32,000 bases of DNA from an uncultured Selenomonadaceae bacterium (GTDB taxonomy: Bacteria > Bacillota > Negativicutes > Selenomonadales > Selenomonadaceae), in the NCBI GenBank assembly GCA_964611665.1, contig CAZTAP010000002.1, positions 1 through 32,000 of the forward strand, in the 5' to 3' direction. The number at the start of each line of letters is the position of its first letter. The stretch's first letter is position 1. A program made the position numbers and the translations under genes. Below, one piece after another: positions 25,558-32,000 of this stretch. The notes under the pieces are model-generated. The model saw nothing but the letters and a program-made list of their open reading frames with translations. It was not told the origin of the DNA and did no database searches.

Positions 25558-26715
25558 ATGAAGAAGAAGATAAAAGTAATGACCGTATTTGGCACACGAC
25601 CGGAGGCAATCAAGATGGCACCGATCGTTTTGGAACTTGCCAAGCATCCGGATGAGATTACACCGGTTGTGGCTGTTACCGCCCAGCATCGTGACATGCT
25701 TGATCAGGTGCTGAATCTTTTCCATATAAAACCAGACTATGATCTTGATATCATGGCGGCAGGACAGACACTTTTTGACATTACATCAAAGGCGATGCTC
25801 GGGCTCGATCGTGTGCTTACCAAAGAGAAGCCGGATATCGTGCTGGTCCATGGCGATACGACCACGACCTTTGCAGGAGCGCTTGCAGCATATTATCATC
25901 AGACGACTGTCGGCCATGTAGAGGCAGGCCTGCGTACGCATAACAAATATTCGCCGTTTCCGGAAGAGATGAACCGGAAACTCACAGGCTCCATTGCGGA
26001 TTTGCATTTTGCTCCGACTACGACGGCAGAACAGAATCTGCTGCAGGAGGCTGTGCCGCAGGAGGAAATTTTCGTGACGGGCAATACGGTCATTGATGCA
26101 CTGCATAAGACGGTGGATGAACAGTTTGCGTTTGAAAATGAACTTTTACAGCAGATTGATTATGAGCATAGGCGCATTGTGCTTGTAACGACGCATCGCA
26201 GGGAAAACCTCGGTGAACCGATGCGTCATGTTTATAAGGCGTTGAAACAGCTTACGGAGGAATTCGATGATGTCGAAGTTGTATTCCCGGTACATAAGAA
26301 TCCAAAAGTCAGGGAAGTCGTGAATGAAGAGCTTGGTAATCTGCCTAAGGTACATCTCATCGATCCACTGGACTATGAGCCGTTTGCCAATCTCATGCAC
26401 CGCGCTTATCTGATCCTTACGGATTCGGGCGGAGTACAGGAGGAAGCACCGGCACTTGGCAAACCAGTGCTTGTGCTGCGTGATACGACGGAGCGCCCGG
26501 AGGCTGTTACTGCAGGTACAGTCAGGCTCATCGGTACGGATCGTGACCGTGTCTATCGCGAGGCAAAGGAACTTCTGACGAATGCAGGTGAATACCAGCG
26601 TATGTCAGAATCCTGCAATCCGTATGGTGATGGCAAAGCTTCCAGAAGGATTATTCAGGCAATCCTTTATCATTATGGCCTCACGGAAGAAAAGCCGGAT
26701 TCATTCCAGGCTTAA
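25558..26715 (+). CDS. wecB: UDP-N-acetylglucosamine 2-epimerase (non-hydrolysing)
   Basis: KVMTVFGTRPEAIKMAP, HGDTTT, GH.EAGLRT, TDSGG.QEEAP.LGKPVLVLR..TERPE. Confidence 0.92.
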   Translation: MKKKIKVMTVFGTRPEAIKMAPIVLELAKHPDEITPVVAVTAQHRDMLDQVLNLFHIKPDYDLDIMAAGQTLFDITSKAMLGLDRVLTKEKPDIVLVHGDTTTTFAGALAAYYHQTTVGHVEAGLRTHNKYSPFPEEMNRKLTGSIADLHFAPTTTAEQNLLQEAVPQEEIFVTGNTVIDALHKTVDEQFAFENELLQQIDYEHRRIVLVTTHRRENLGEPMRHVYKALKQLTEEFDDVEVVFPVHKNPKVREVVNEELGNLPKVHLIDPLDYEPFANLMHRAYLILTDSGGVQEEAPALGKPVLVLRDTTERPEAVTAGTVRLIGTDRDRVYREAKELLTNAGEYQRMSESCNPYGDGKASRRIIQAILYHYGLTEEKPDSFQA

Positions 26716-26718
26716 GGG

Positions 26719-26778
26719 AACCCCCTTTTTGTGCAGATCTGCGTTTTAAGGATTTGCATGAGAAAGGGGGTTTTGTTT
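26719..26778 (+). terminator. Long hairpin plus U-tract, possible terminator after wecB
   Basis: AACCCCCTTT (26719-26728) pairs with AAAGGGGGTT (26763-26772) across a 34-nt loop, followed by TTGTTT. The large loop makes terminator function uncertain. Confidence 0.35.
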
Positions 26779-26845
26779 ATCATCGATGGGAATAAGAAGA
26801 ACTTCTATGCGATAAATATTGATTATAGAAAGAGAGGGGAAATTT

Positions 26846-27085
26846 ATGGTAAAAAAGCCATCTGAACCAGCGAAGCATGAAGGCCTTCGCCAGGCTTTGC
26901 AGGCATTTTCGTTTTTGGGCAGCATCGGCATTTATTTTTGCATTGTTGTGGGTATCTGCGTCTTTTTGGGACACCTCGCAGATCTTTATCTCGGACTGGG
27001 CCATTATGGCAAATTAGCGGGCATCCTGTCGGGCTTTCCGGTTGCAATTTACTCCGTGTATAAAAGGATGAAGGAATTATCATGA
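26846..27085 (+). CDS. AtpZ/AtpI-family small membrane protein (ATP synthase gene-1-like)
   Basis: The ATG at 26846 (RBS GAGAGGGG) is preferred over 26819. 79 aa with two TMs. SFLGSIGIYFCIVVGICVFLGHLAD.YLG......LAGILSGFPVAIYSVYK matches my recollection of the family layout. Confidence 0.65.
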   Translation: MVKKPSEPAKHEGLRQALQAFSFLGSIGIYFCIVVGICVFLGHLADLYLGLGHYGKLAGILSGFPVAIYSVYKRMKELS

Positions 27086-27122
27086 TTTTTCTTGCAAAAG
27101 TTTATTTTCAAGGAAATAGTAC

Positions 27123-27152
27123 TTGAATACCCGAGGATAAAAGCAGTATAAT
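27123..27152 (+). promoter_or_regulatory. Sigma70 promoter: TTGAAT, 18-nt spacer, consensus TATAAT
   Basis: TTGAAT at 27123-27128, an 18-nt spacer and TATAAT at 27147-27152, within a markedly AT-rich 307-bp spacer upstream of atpI. Confidence 0.6.
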
Positions 27153-27392
27153 AATCATGCATACGATAAATAGACTTTATTTCAGCTAGTAAAATGATAA
27201 ATAACTCTGAATAAAATTTCTTTTTTACTTTGCGATATTCCTGCAGATCAGGCAGGGAATACTACAGTCTTTGTCGAAACACTAAGATTGGGTGTGTATG
27301 CCCTTCGGGGCAAAATTAAATGGATATTCATACAAAGACAGCTGTGGTGCTGAGATGCTTGGCGGCAGCCTGCAGAATGTCGGAGGAGGAAT

Positions 27393-27776
27393 ATGAGGGA
27401 ACTTTTATCATCATATGGAAAGCGGTTCTTCAAGTGGCTGGCGGCCTGTGCTGTGCTGGTCGTGCTATCACTCGCAGCAGCGGGGGAAGCGGCACTCATC
27501 GGTGCATTTTTCATTGGCTGCCTGGCAGCGGCTGTATGTGCCTGGATCCTTGTTTACCGGACCTGGAAAAGCTCAGGCCTGGAACTTCGGGAGGCCAAGC
27601 AGCAAATGCTCGTCGGGATGGTTCTGCGCCTCTTTACGATGTTTATCGTATTTTGGACAGCCATTCAGATTTCTGTGCCTGTTTTTTGGTCAGTGGTCAG
27701 CGGATTTTTGCTGTTTTCGGTGCTTGCTCTGCTGCAGCTGGTACTGCTTAATTTTACCCGGGATGATAAAAAATAA
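27393..27776 (+). CDS. atpI: ATP synthase protein I
   Basis: RBS GGAGGAGGA. 127-aa, four-TM hydrophobic protein immediately upstream of atpB. Chosen from three overlapping open frames on the basis of RBS and hydrophobicity pattern. Confidence 0.7.
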   Translation: MRELLSSYGKRFFKWLAACAVLVVLSLAAAGEAALIGAFFIGCLAAAVCAWILVYRTWKSSGLELREAKQQMLVGMVLRLFTMFIVFWTAIQISVPVFWSVVSGFLLFSVLALLQLVLLNFTRDDKK

Positions 27777-27800
27777 TTCCATGTTAGGGAGGTAGTACGT

Positions 27801-28478
27801 ATGCATGAAATCGGTGTTCGCGAAATAGTGCAGTTTGCCGGTATGACCTTCAATGTGGAAACCCTGGAAATGACATGGATAGCCATGGCCATCGTGATTC
27901 TCATTGCATTTTTGGCAACGCGTAACCTGAAGCTTGTGCCTTCGGGCTGGCAGAATATGCTGGAGATGGTCATTACGGGCTTGCATGAGCAGATTGATGT
28001 AACGATGGGGCCGAGAGGCCGCAGTCTTGCACCGCTCATCATCTCGTTATTCATGTTCCTGTTGGTTTCCAATTGGCTTGGTCTGGTGCCGTTCCTGGCA
28101 TCGCCGACGAACGACTTGAACACCACACTGGGCCTGGCCCTGCTTGTCATTGTGATGGTACATGTCCTGGGCGTATATTTGAAAGGAATGAACTACATCA
28201 AGCATTTCTTCCAGCCAACGCCGGTCTTTGTCATCATCAATGCCATTGAAGAGGTGGCAAAGCCGATCACTCTGGCCTTTCGTCTATTTGGTAATATCCT
28301 TGCAGGTGAGATTCTCATCATCATCCTGCTCAAGCTTATGCCAATCTGGATGCCGGTGCCGAGTGTCATCTGGCTTGCGTTTAGTATCTTCATTGGTGGA
28401 GTGCAGGCGTTTATCTTTACGATGCTGTCGATGGCGTACTTGTCCAACGCGGTTCGTGAGGATGAGCATGAGCATTGA
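27801..28478 (+). CDS. atpB: F0 ATP synthase subunit a
   Basis: RBS GGGAGG. Polytopic. LAFRLFGNILAGE carries the essential Arg, followed by the ...FIFTMLSMAYL motif. Confidence 0.93.
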   Translation: MHEIGVREIVQFAGMTFNVETLEMTWIAMAIVILIAFLATRNLKLVPSGWQNMLEMVITGLHEQIDVTMGPRGRSLAPLIISLFMFLLVSNWLGLVPFLASPTNDLNTTLGLALLVIVMVHVLGVYLKGMNYIKHFFQPTPVFVIINAIEEVAKPITLAFRLFGNILAGEILIIILLKLMPIWMPVPSVIWLAFSIFIGGVQAFIFTMLSMAYLSNAVREDEHEH

Positions 28479-28534
28479 TGTCAACTGTGTGAGCTTTTGA
28501 AACAACAACTTAAATTTTAAGGGGGATTTTTTTC

Positions 28535-28786
28535 ATGGAAAACGCAATTATGGTAGCAGCCGCTCTGATCGGCGCAGGTATTACGATGGGTCTTGCAGCA
28601 ATTGGTGCTGGTCTTGGTGATGGTCTCGTAACGAGCCGTTTCATTGAAGGTATCACTCGTCAGCCGGAAGCAAAGAACACACTTTTTACGAATACTCTGA
28701 TCTCCGTCGGACTCATCGAGTCCATGGCTATCATTGCAACGGTTATTGCGCTGATTATGCTCTATGCAAATCCGCTCATCCAATAA
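28535..28786 (+). CDS. atpE: F0 ATP synthase subunit c
   Basis: 83-aa helical hairpin with an RQPEA loop and a carboxylate in GLIESMAI. Confidence 0.95.
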   Translation: MENAIMVAAALIGAGITMGLAAIGAGLGDGLVTSRFIEGITRQPEAKNTLFTNTLISVGLIESMAIIATVIALIMLYANPLIQ

Positions 28787-28829
28787 AACGGCATAGAATT
28801 TGATTCGTGCAGTAAGGGAGGTATAGCAA

Positions 28830-29333
28830 TTGATAGATATAAATGCGACATTCATTGCACAGATCCTGAACTTCCTGATTCTTGTCGTTATCCTCAGAGC
28901 CGTAGCTTATAAGCCAGTGGTACGTATGCTGCAGGCGCGTCAGGATAAAATCGCTGAAAGCCTCACAAAGGCTGATGAAGATGTTGAGAAGGCAGAGGCT
29001 GTCCTGAAAGAATATCAGGAGCAGCTCTCCGGCGCCCGTGTCAAAGCACAGGCTATCATCGATAAGGCGTCGAAAAGGGCCCAGGAAGAACGGGAGGCCA
29101 GCGTGCTGGAAACGAAGCGTGAGATTGAGCAGATGAAAAAAGCTGCCCAGGCAGAAATCCAGCGTGAGCGTGCACTTGCCGTAGAACAGCTCAAGGGCGA
29201 GGTCGTGGCTCTTTCTATGGCAGCTGCTGGCAAGATCATTGCCAAGAATCTTGATGCAGGCGAAAACGAACAGCTCATCAGCGAGTTTGTGAATAAGCTT
29301 GATAAGGATAAGATTGGTGATTTGTCATGCTGA
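28830..29333 (+). CDS. atpF: F0 ATP synthase subunit b
   Basis: TTG start with RBS AGGGAGG. N-terminal TM (FIAQILNFLILVVIL) followed by a long charged helix. Confidence 0.9.
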   Translation: MIDINATFIAQILNFLILVVILRAVAYKPVVRMLQARQDKIAESLTKADEDVEKAEAVLKEYQEQLSGARVKAQAIIDKASKRAQEEREASVLETKREIEQMKKAAQAEIQRERALAVEQLKGEVVALSMAAAGKIIAKNLDAGENEQLISEFVNKLDKDKIGDLSC

Positions 29334-29869
29334 ATTTACAGTTAGCGAAAAAATATTCGAAGGCAATCTTTGAGATTGCCCAGGATGAACATAAACTTGA
29401 GGAATACGGCAAGGAACTTTCGGATGTGAGCTCGGTTGTCTTTGCACAGCAGGATCTCAGGGGCTTTGTTACAAACCCGCAGATTCAGCCGAAAGCGAAA
29501 AAAGAGATTTTTACGAAGCTTTTCGCAGGAGAGCTTTCCCCGGACGTATTCAACTTTATGATGCTCTTGATCGACAAGCGCCGTATTGCGCTTCTTGAAG
29601 CAATCGAAGCGGACTACGAACGCCTTTCCAACCGTGCACGCGGCATTGTCATTGCAGATATTGTTACAGCGCGTCCGATGAGTGAGGCACAGTCTGCGAA
29701 GCTCAAGGCAAAGCTGGAAACTGTGACGGGCAAGTCCGTGAGGGTTCGTCCGCATATCGATGAAAGCATCCTCGGCGGTGTTATCGTAAAAATCGGCGAT
29801 AAGCGTATTGACGGCAGTGTAACAGGCCGCATGCAGACACTTAAAGCCGAGTTGTTGGCAAATAAGTGA
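29327..29869 (+). CDS. atpH: F1 ATP synthase subunit delta (OSCP)
   Basis: The start overlaps the atpF end by 7 nt. LAKKYSKAIFEIA at the N-terminus and GG.IVKIGD...DGSV...L at the C-terminus. Confidence 0.9.
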   Translation: MLNLQLAKKYSKAIFEIAQDEHKLEEYGKELSDVSSVVFAQQDLRGFVTNPQIQPKAKKEIFTKLFAGELSPDVFNFMMLLIDKRRIALLEAIEADYERLSNRARGIVIADIVTARPMSEAQSAKLKAKLETVTGKSVRVRPHIDESILGGVIVKIGDKRIDGSVTGRMQTLKAELLANK

Positions 29870-29959
29870 GAGAATCACTGACGGCCCTGCGCCTGTCTGT
29901 GCAGACAGGGTAAGCCCGGGAAACAGTGGTTTTTGAAGAAATTGGGGTGACAGCGAAGT

Positions 29960-31480
29960 ATGAAAATGAATCCGGAAGAAATAACAGCCGTCATCAAGGA
30001 TCAAATCAAGAATTACAACGTTGATTTGAATGTTGATGATGTAGGAACTGTTATCGAAATTGGTGACGGCATCGCGCATGTCCATGGTCTTCAGAAGGCT
30101 ATGTCTGGCGAGCTGCTCGATTTTGGTAACGATATATTCGGTCTGGTCCTGAACCTTGAGCAGGATAATGTCGGTGCCGTAATCCTCGGCGGCGATACTG
30201 CCATCAAGGAAGGCGATATGGTAAAACGTACGGGCAAGATCATGCAGGTGCCGGTAGGCGAAGCAATGGTCGGCCGTGTCGTTGATGCGCTTGGCCGTCC
30301 AATCGATGGCAAGGGACCAATCAATACGACGGAAACGCGCCCGGTTGAGTATAAGGCCCCGGGCATTGCAGATCGTAAATCCGTCCATGAACCGCTGCAG
30401 ACAGGCCTCAAGGCTATTGATGGCCTGGTGCCGATCGGCCGTGGTCAGCGTGAGCTCATCATCGGTGACCGTGGTACAGGCAAGACAGCGATTGCCGTTG
30501 ATACGATTCTGAACCAGAAGGGACAGAACTGTATCTGTGTTTATGTGGCAATCGGCCAGAAGGCTTCGACGGTTGCCCGTGTCGTCAAGACACTTGAAGA
30601 CCGCGGCGCACTGGAATATTCCATCGTTGTCGCAGCAACCGCTGCTGACAGCGCACCGCTGCAGTACCTTGCACCATATGCTGGTGTAGCGATGGCAGAA
30701 TACTTCATGTATAAGGGCGGTCATGCACTTTGTGTATACGATGATCTTACCAAGCATGCAGCAGCCTATCGTGCAATGAGTCTGCTGCTCAGAAGACCGC
30801 CGGGACGTGAGGCATATCCGGGCGATGTATTCTATTTGCATTCCCGTCTTCTGGAGCGTGCAGCAAAGCTTTCTGATGCGCTTGGCGCAGGTTCGATTAC
30901 AGCACTGCCGATCATTGAGACATTAGCAGGTGACCTTTCTGCGTACATTCCGACGAATGTCATCTCCATTACCGATGGCCAGATCATGCTTGAAACGGAT
31001 GCATTCTATTCCGGTATCCGTCCGGCAATCAATGTCGGACTTTCCGTATCCCGTGTCGGCGGCAGTGCGCAGATCAAGGCGATGAAGCAGGTCGCGGGCA
31101 AGATGCGTCTGGATCTCGCACAGTATCGTGAGCTTGCAGCCTTTGCACAGTTTGGTTCCGACCTCGATAAAGCGACGAAGGATCAGCTCGATCGCGGTGC
31201 GCGTATGGTTGAGACGTTGAAGCAGGCACAGTATTCACCGCTTGCGGTTGAGGATCAGGTGCTCGTGCTCTTTACGGCAGTGCGCGGTTTCCTCGTCGAT
31301 ATCCCGGTTGACATGGTCGTGAAATTCCAAAGCGACTTCATCAAATTCATGCAGGCCAACCATCCTGAGGTTGGACAGAAGATCATTGAGCAGAAAAAGC
31401 TGGATGATGCCCTGGAAGCAGAAATCAAGAAATCCATTGAGGAATATAAGGAAACTATCTCTTATAAAATGACGGAATAA
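29960..31480 (+). CDS. atpA: F1 ATP synthase subunit alpha
   Basis: Walker [12 protein letters not shown]. Highly conserved alpha-subunit sequence throughout. The ATG at 29966 is an alternative start. Confidence 0.97.
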   Translation: MKMNPEEITAVIKDQIKNYNVDLNVDDVGTVIEIGDGIAHVHGLQKAMSGELLDFGNDIFGLVLNLEQDNVGAVILGGDTAIKEGDMVKRTGKIMQVPVGEAMVGRVVDALGRPIDGKGPINTTETRPVEYKAPGIADRKSVHEPLQTGLKAIDGLVPIGRGQRELIIGDRGTGKTAIAVDTILNQKGQNCICVYVAIGQKASTVARVVKTLEDRGALEYSIVVAATAADSAPLQYLAPYAGVAMAEYFMYKGGHALCVYDDLTKHAAAYRAMSLLLRRPPGREAYPGDVFYLHSRLLERAAKLSDALGAGSITALPIIETLAGDLSAYIPTNVISITDGQIMLETDAFYSGIRPAINVGLSVSRVGGSAQIKAMKQVAGKMRLDLAQYRELAAFAQFGSDLDKATKDQLDRGARMVETLKQAQYSPLAVEDQVLVLFTAVRGFLVDIPVDMVVKFQSDFIKFMQANHPEVGQKIIEQKKLDDALEAEIKKSIEEYKETISYKMTE

Positions 31481-31499
31481 GGCAGCGAGGTGATGATTT

Positions 31500-32000
31500 T
31501 TGGCTAGTTTACAGGATATACGCCGGCGGATCAAGAGCGTAAAGAGTATCCAGCAGATCACGAACGCCATGAACATGGTTGCTACCTCCAGACTGCGTCA
31601 TGCCAAGGCTGCAGCAACGGCAAACAAGCCGTATGCAGACAAGATGGCTCAGGTGGTCACGGATATTGCAGCCAATGCCGGTGATTTCAGTCATCCGCTT
31701 TTGAAGGTACATGAGGAGGGCAAGACGCTTTTCCTTGTACTTGCAGCGGATAAAGGCCTCGCAGGAGCTTATTCGAGCAACGTATGCAAAGAGACAACAG
31801 CCCATATAGAAGACAAGGCGAATACTGAGCTGGTTACGGTTGGCCGCAAGGCGAAGGAACATTTCAAGAACCGCGGCTATGTGATTGCAGAGTCTTATAC
31901 CGGAATCAGCGAACGGCCGCATTATGAACATGCGCGCAAGATTGCTGCCGACCTCATTCACCGTTTTGAGACGGGTGAGGTCAGGGAAATCTATATGGTT
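31500..32000 (+). CDS. atpG: F1 ATP synthase subunit gamma (5' partial, continues beyond window)
   Basis: Absent from the supplied ORF track because there is no stop in the window. A TTG at 31500 (RBS GAGGTG 7 nt upstream) opens a frame reading MASLQDIRRRIKSVKSIQQITNAMNMVATSRLR..., the canonical gamma N-terminus, open to nt 32000. Confidence 0.9.
   Translation, partial: MASLQDIRRRIKSVKSIQQITNAMNMVATSRLRHAKAAATANKPYADKMAQVVTDIAANAGDFSHPLLKVHEEGKTLFLVLAADKGLAGAYSSNVCKETTAHIEDKANTELVTVGRKAKEHFKNRGYVIAESYTGISERPHYEHARKIAADLIHRFETGEVREIYMV

Noticed and set aside
26733-26742. Perfect palindrome GCAGATCTGC (contains a BglII site) downstream of wecB.
   Set aside because: It has no loop, so it cannot form a hairpin on its own. 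It lies inside the loop of the larger 26719..26772 stem, and a single 10-bp palindrome is not significant in 32 kb.
26846-27085. Whether the AtpZ/AtpR-like gene marks an N-type (Na+) ATPase operon.
   Set aside because: The gene order atpI-B-E-F-H-A-G is the standard F-type arrangement. N-ATPase operons, as I recall them, begin with atpD-atpC and lack atpH.
27320-27795. Three overlapping + strand ORFs in all three frames (27320..27751, 27393..27776, 27415..27795).
   Set aside because: Only 27393..27776 has a strong RBS (GGAGGAGGA) and a coherent four-helix hydrophobic pattern consistent with AtpI. The other two are Cys/Arg/Gly-rich read-through frames.
28535-28786. Possible Na+-coupled c-subunit, suggested by the Glu-Ser pair in GLIESMAI.
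   Set aside because: As I recall it from the Ilyobacter tartaricus c-ring, the full Na+ signature needs Gln in helix 1 plus Glu-Ser-Thr and a downstream Tyr in helix 2. Here the helix-1 position aligned on RQPEA is Asp, Thr is replaced by Met, and the Tyr position is Ile. Ion specificity cannot be called from this.
1-32000. Scan for mobile elements, CRISPR arrays, tRNA/rRNA, toxin-antitoxin or defence islands and strand switches.
   Set aside because: None seen. There are no repeat-spacer periodicity, transposase, integrase or recombinase motifs, or cloverleaf-like segments. By eye the composition is uniform apart from the short AT-rich promoter gaps.

Overview
The window is densely coding and every supported gene is on the + strand. 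It holds an almost complete outer-membrane/LPS biogenesis supercluster, followed by a Firmicute-style wecA, wecB (mnaA) and F1Fo ATP synthase region. No rRNA, tRNA, CRISPR array, IS element, integrase or phage gene was seen.

Gene order:
- an unknown signal-peptide protein with an OMP-like C-terminus
- three tandem Skp/OmpH paralogs
- lpxD
- an unknown small secreted protein
- an LpxL-family acyltransferase
- lpxC, fabZ, lpxA, lpxI, lpxB, msbA
- an in-frame waaA(kdtA)-lpxK fusion
- kdsB, kdsA, kdsD, kdsC
- a second LpxL-family acyltransferase
- lptC, lptA, lptB and a single lptF/G-family permease
- a DUF3084-like membrane-anchored coiled-coil protein, an RNase H-fold (YqgF/RuvX-like) protein and a YbjN-like protein
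- wecA/tagO, wecB/mnaA
- atpZ-like, atpI, atpB, atpE, atpF, atpH, atpA and atpG (5' part, runs off the window)

A full Raetz/Kdo/Lpt pathway next to a Firmicute-type wecA-mnaA-atp arrangement matches, from memory, the conserved OM gene cluster of diderm Firmicutes (Negativicutes, perhaps Selenomonadales-like). This is an inference, not a search result.

From sequence I can place four sigma70-like promoters (near 1349, 6136, 24330 and 27123). I can also place several rho-independent terminator-like hairpins (near 1958, 4596, 9330, 23374, 24293, 25452 and 26719).

Several genes are translationally coupled by 4-nt ATGA start/stop overlaps: lpxB/msbA, kdsB/kdsA and lpxL2/lptC. The lptC/lptA (17 nt) and atpF/atpH (7 nt) junctions have longer start-before-stop overlaps. 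Several genes use TTG or GTG starts: lpxC, lptB, atpF and atpG (TTG); lpxB, kdsD and the DUF3084-like gene (GTG).

Most of the window is well-understood housekeeping biology, and I do not see a clear-cut novel system. The best candidates for undescribed biology are:
1. a roughly three-fold elongated, inner-membrane-anchored Skp paralog
2. two unassigned secreted, possibly beta-barrel proteins embedded in the cluster
3. the DUF3084-like / nuclease-fold / YbjN-like trio directly after lptFG
4. the waaA-lpxK fusion
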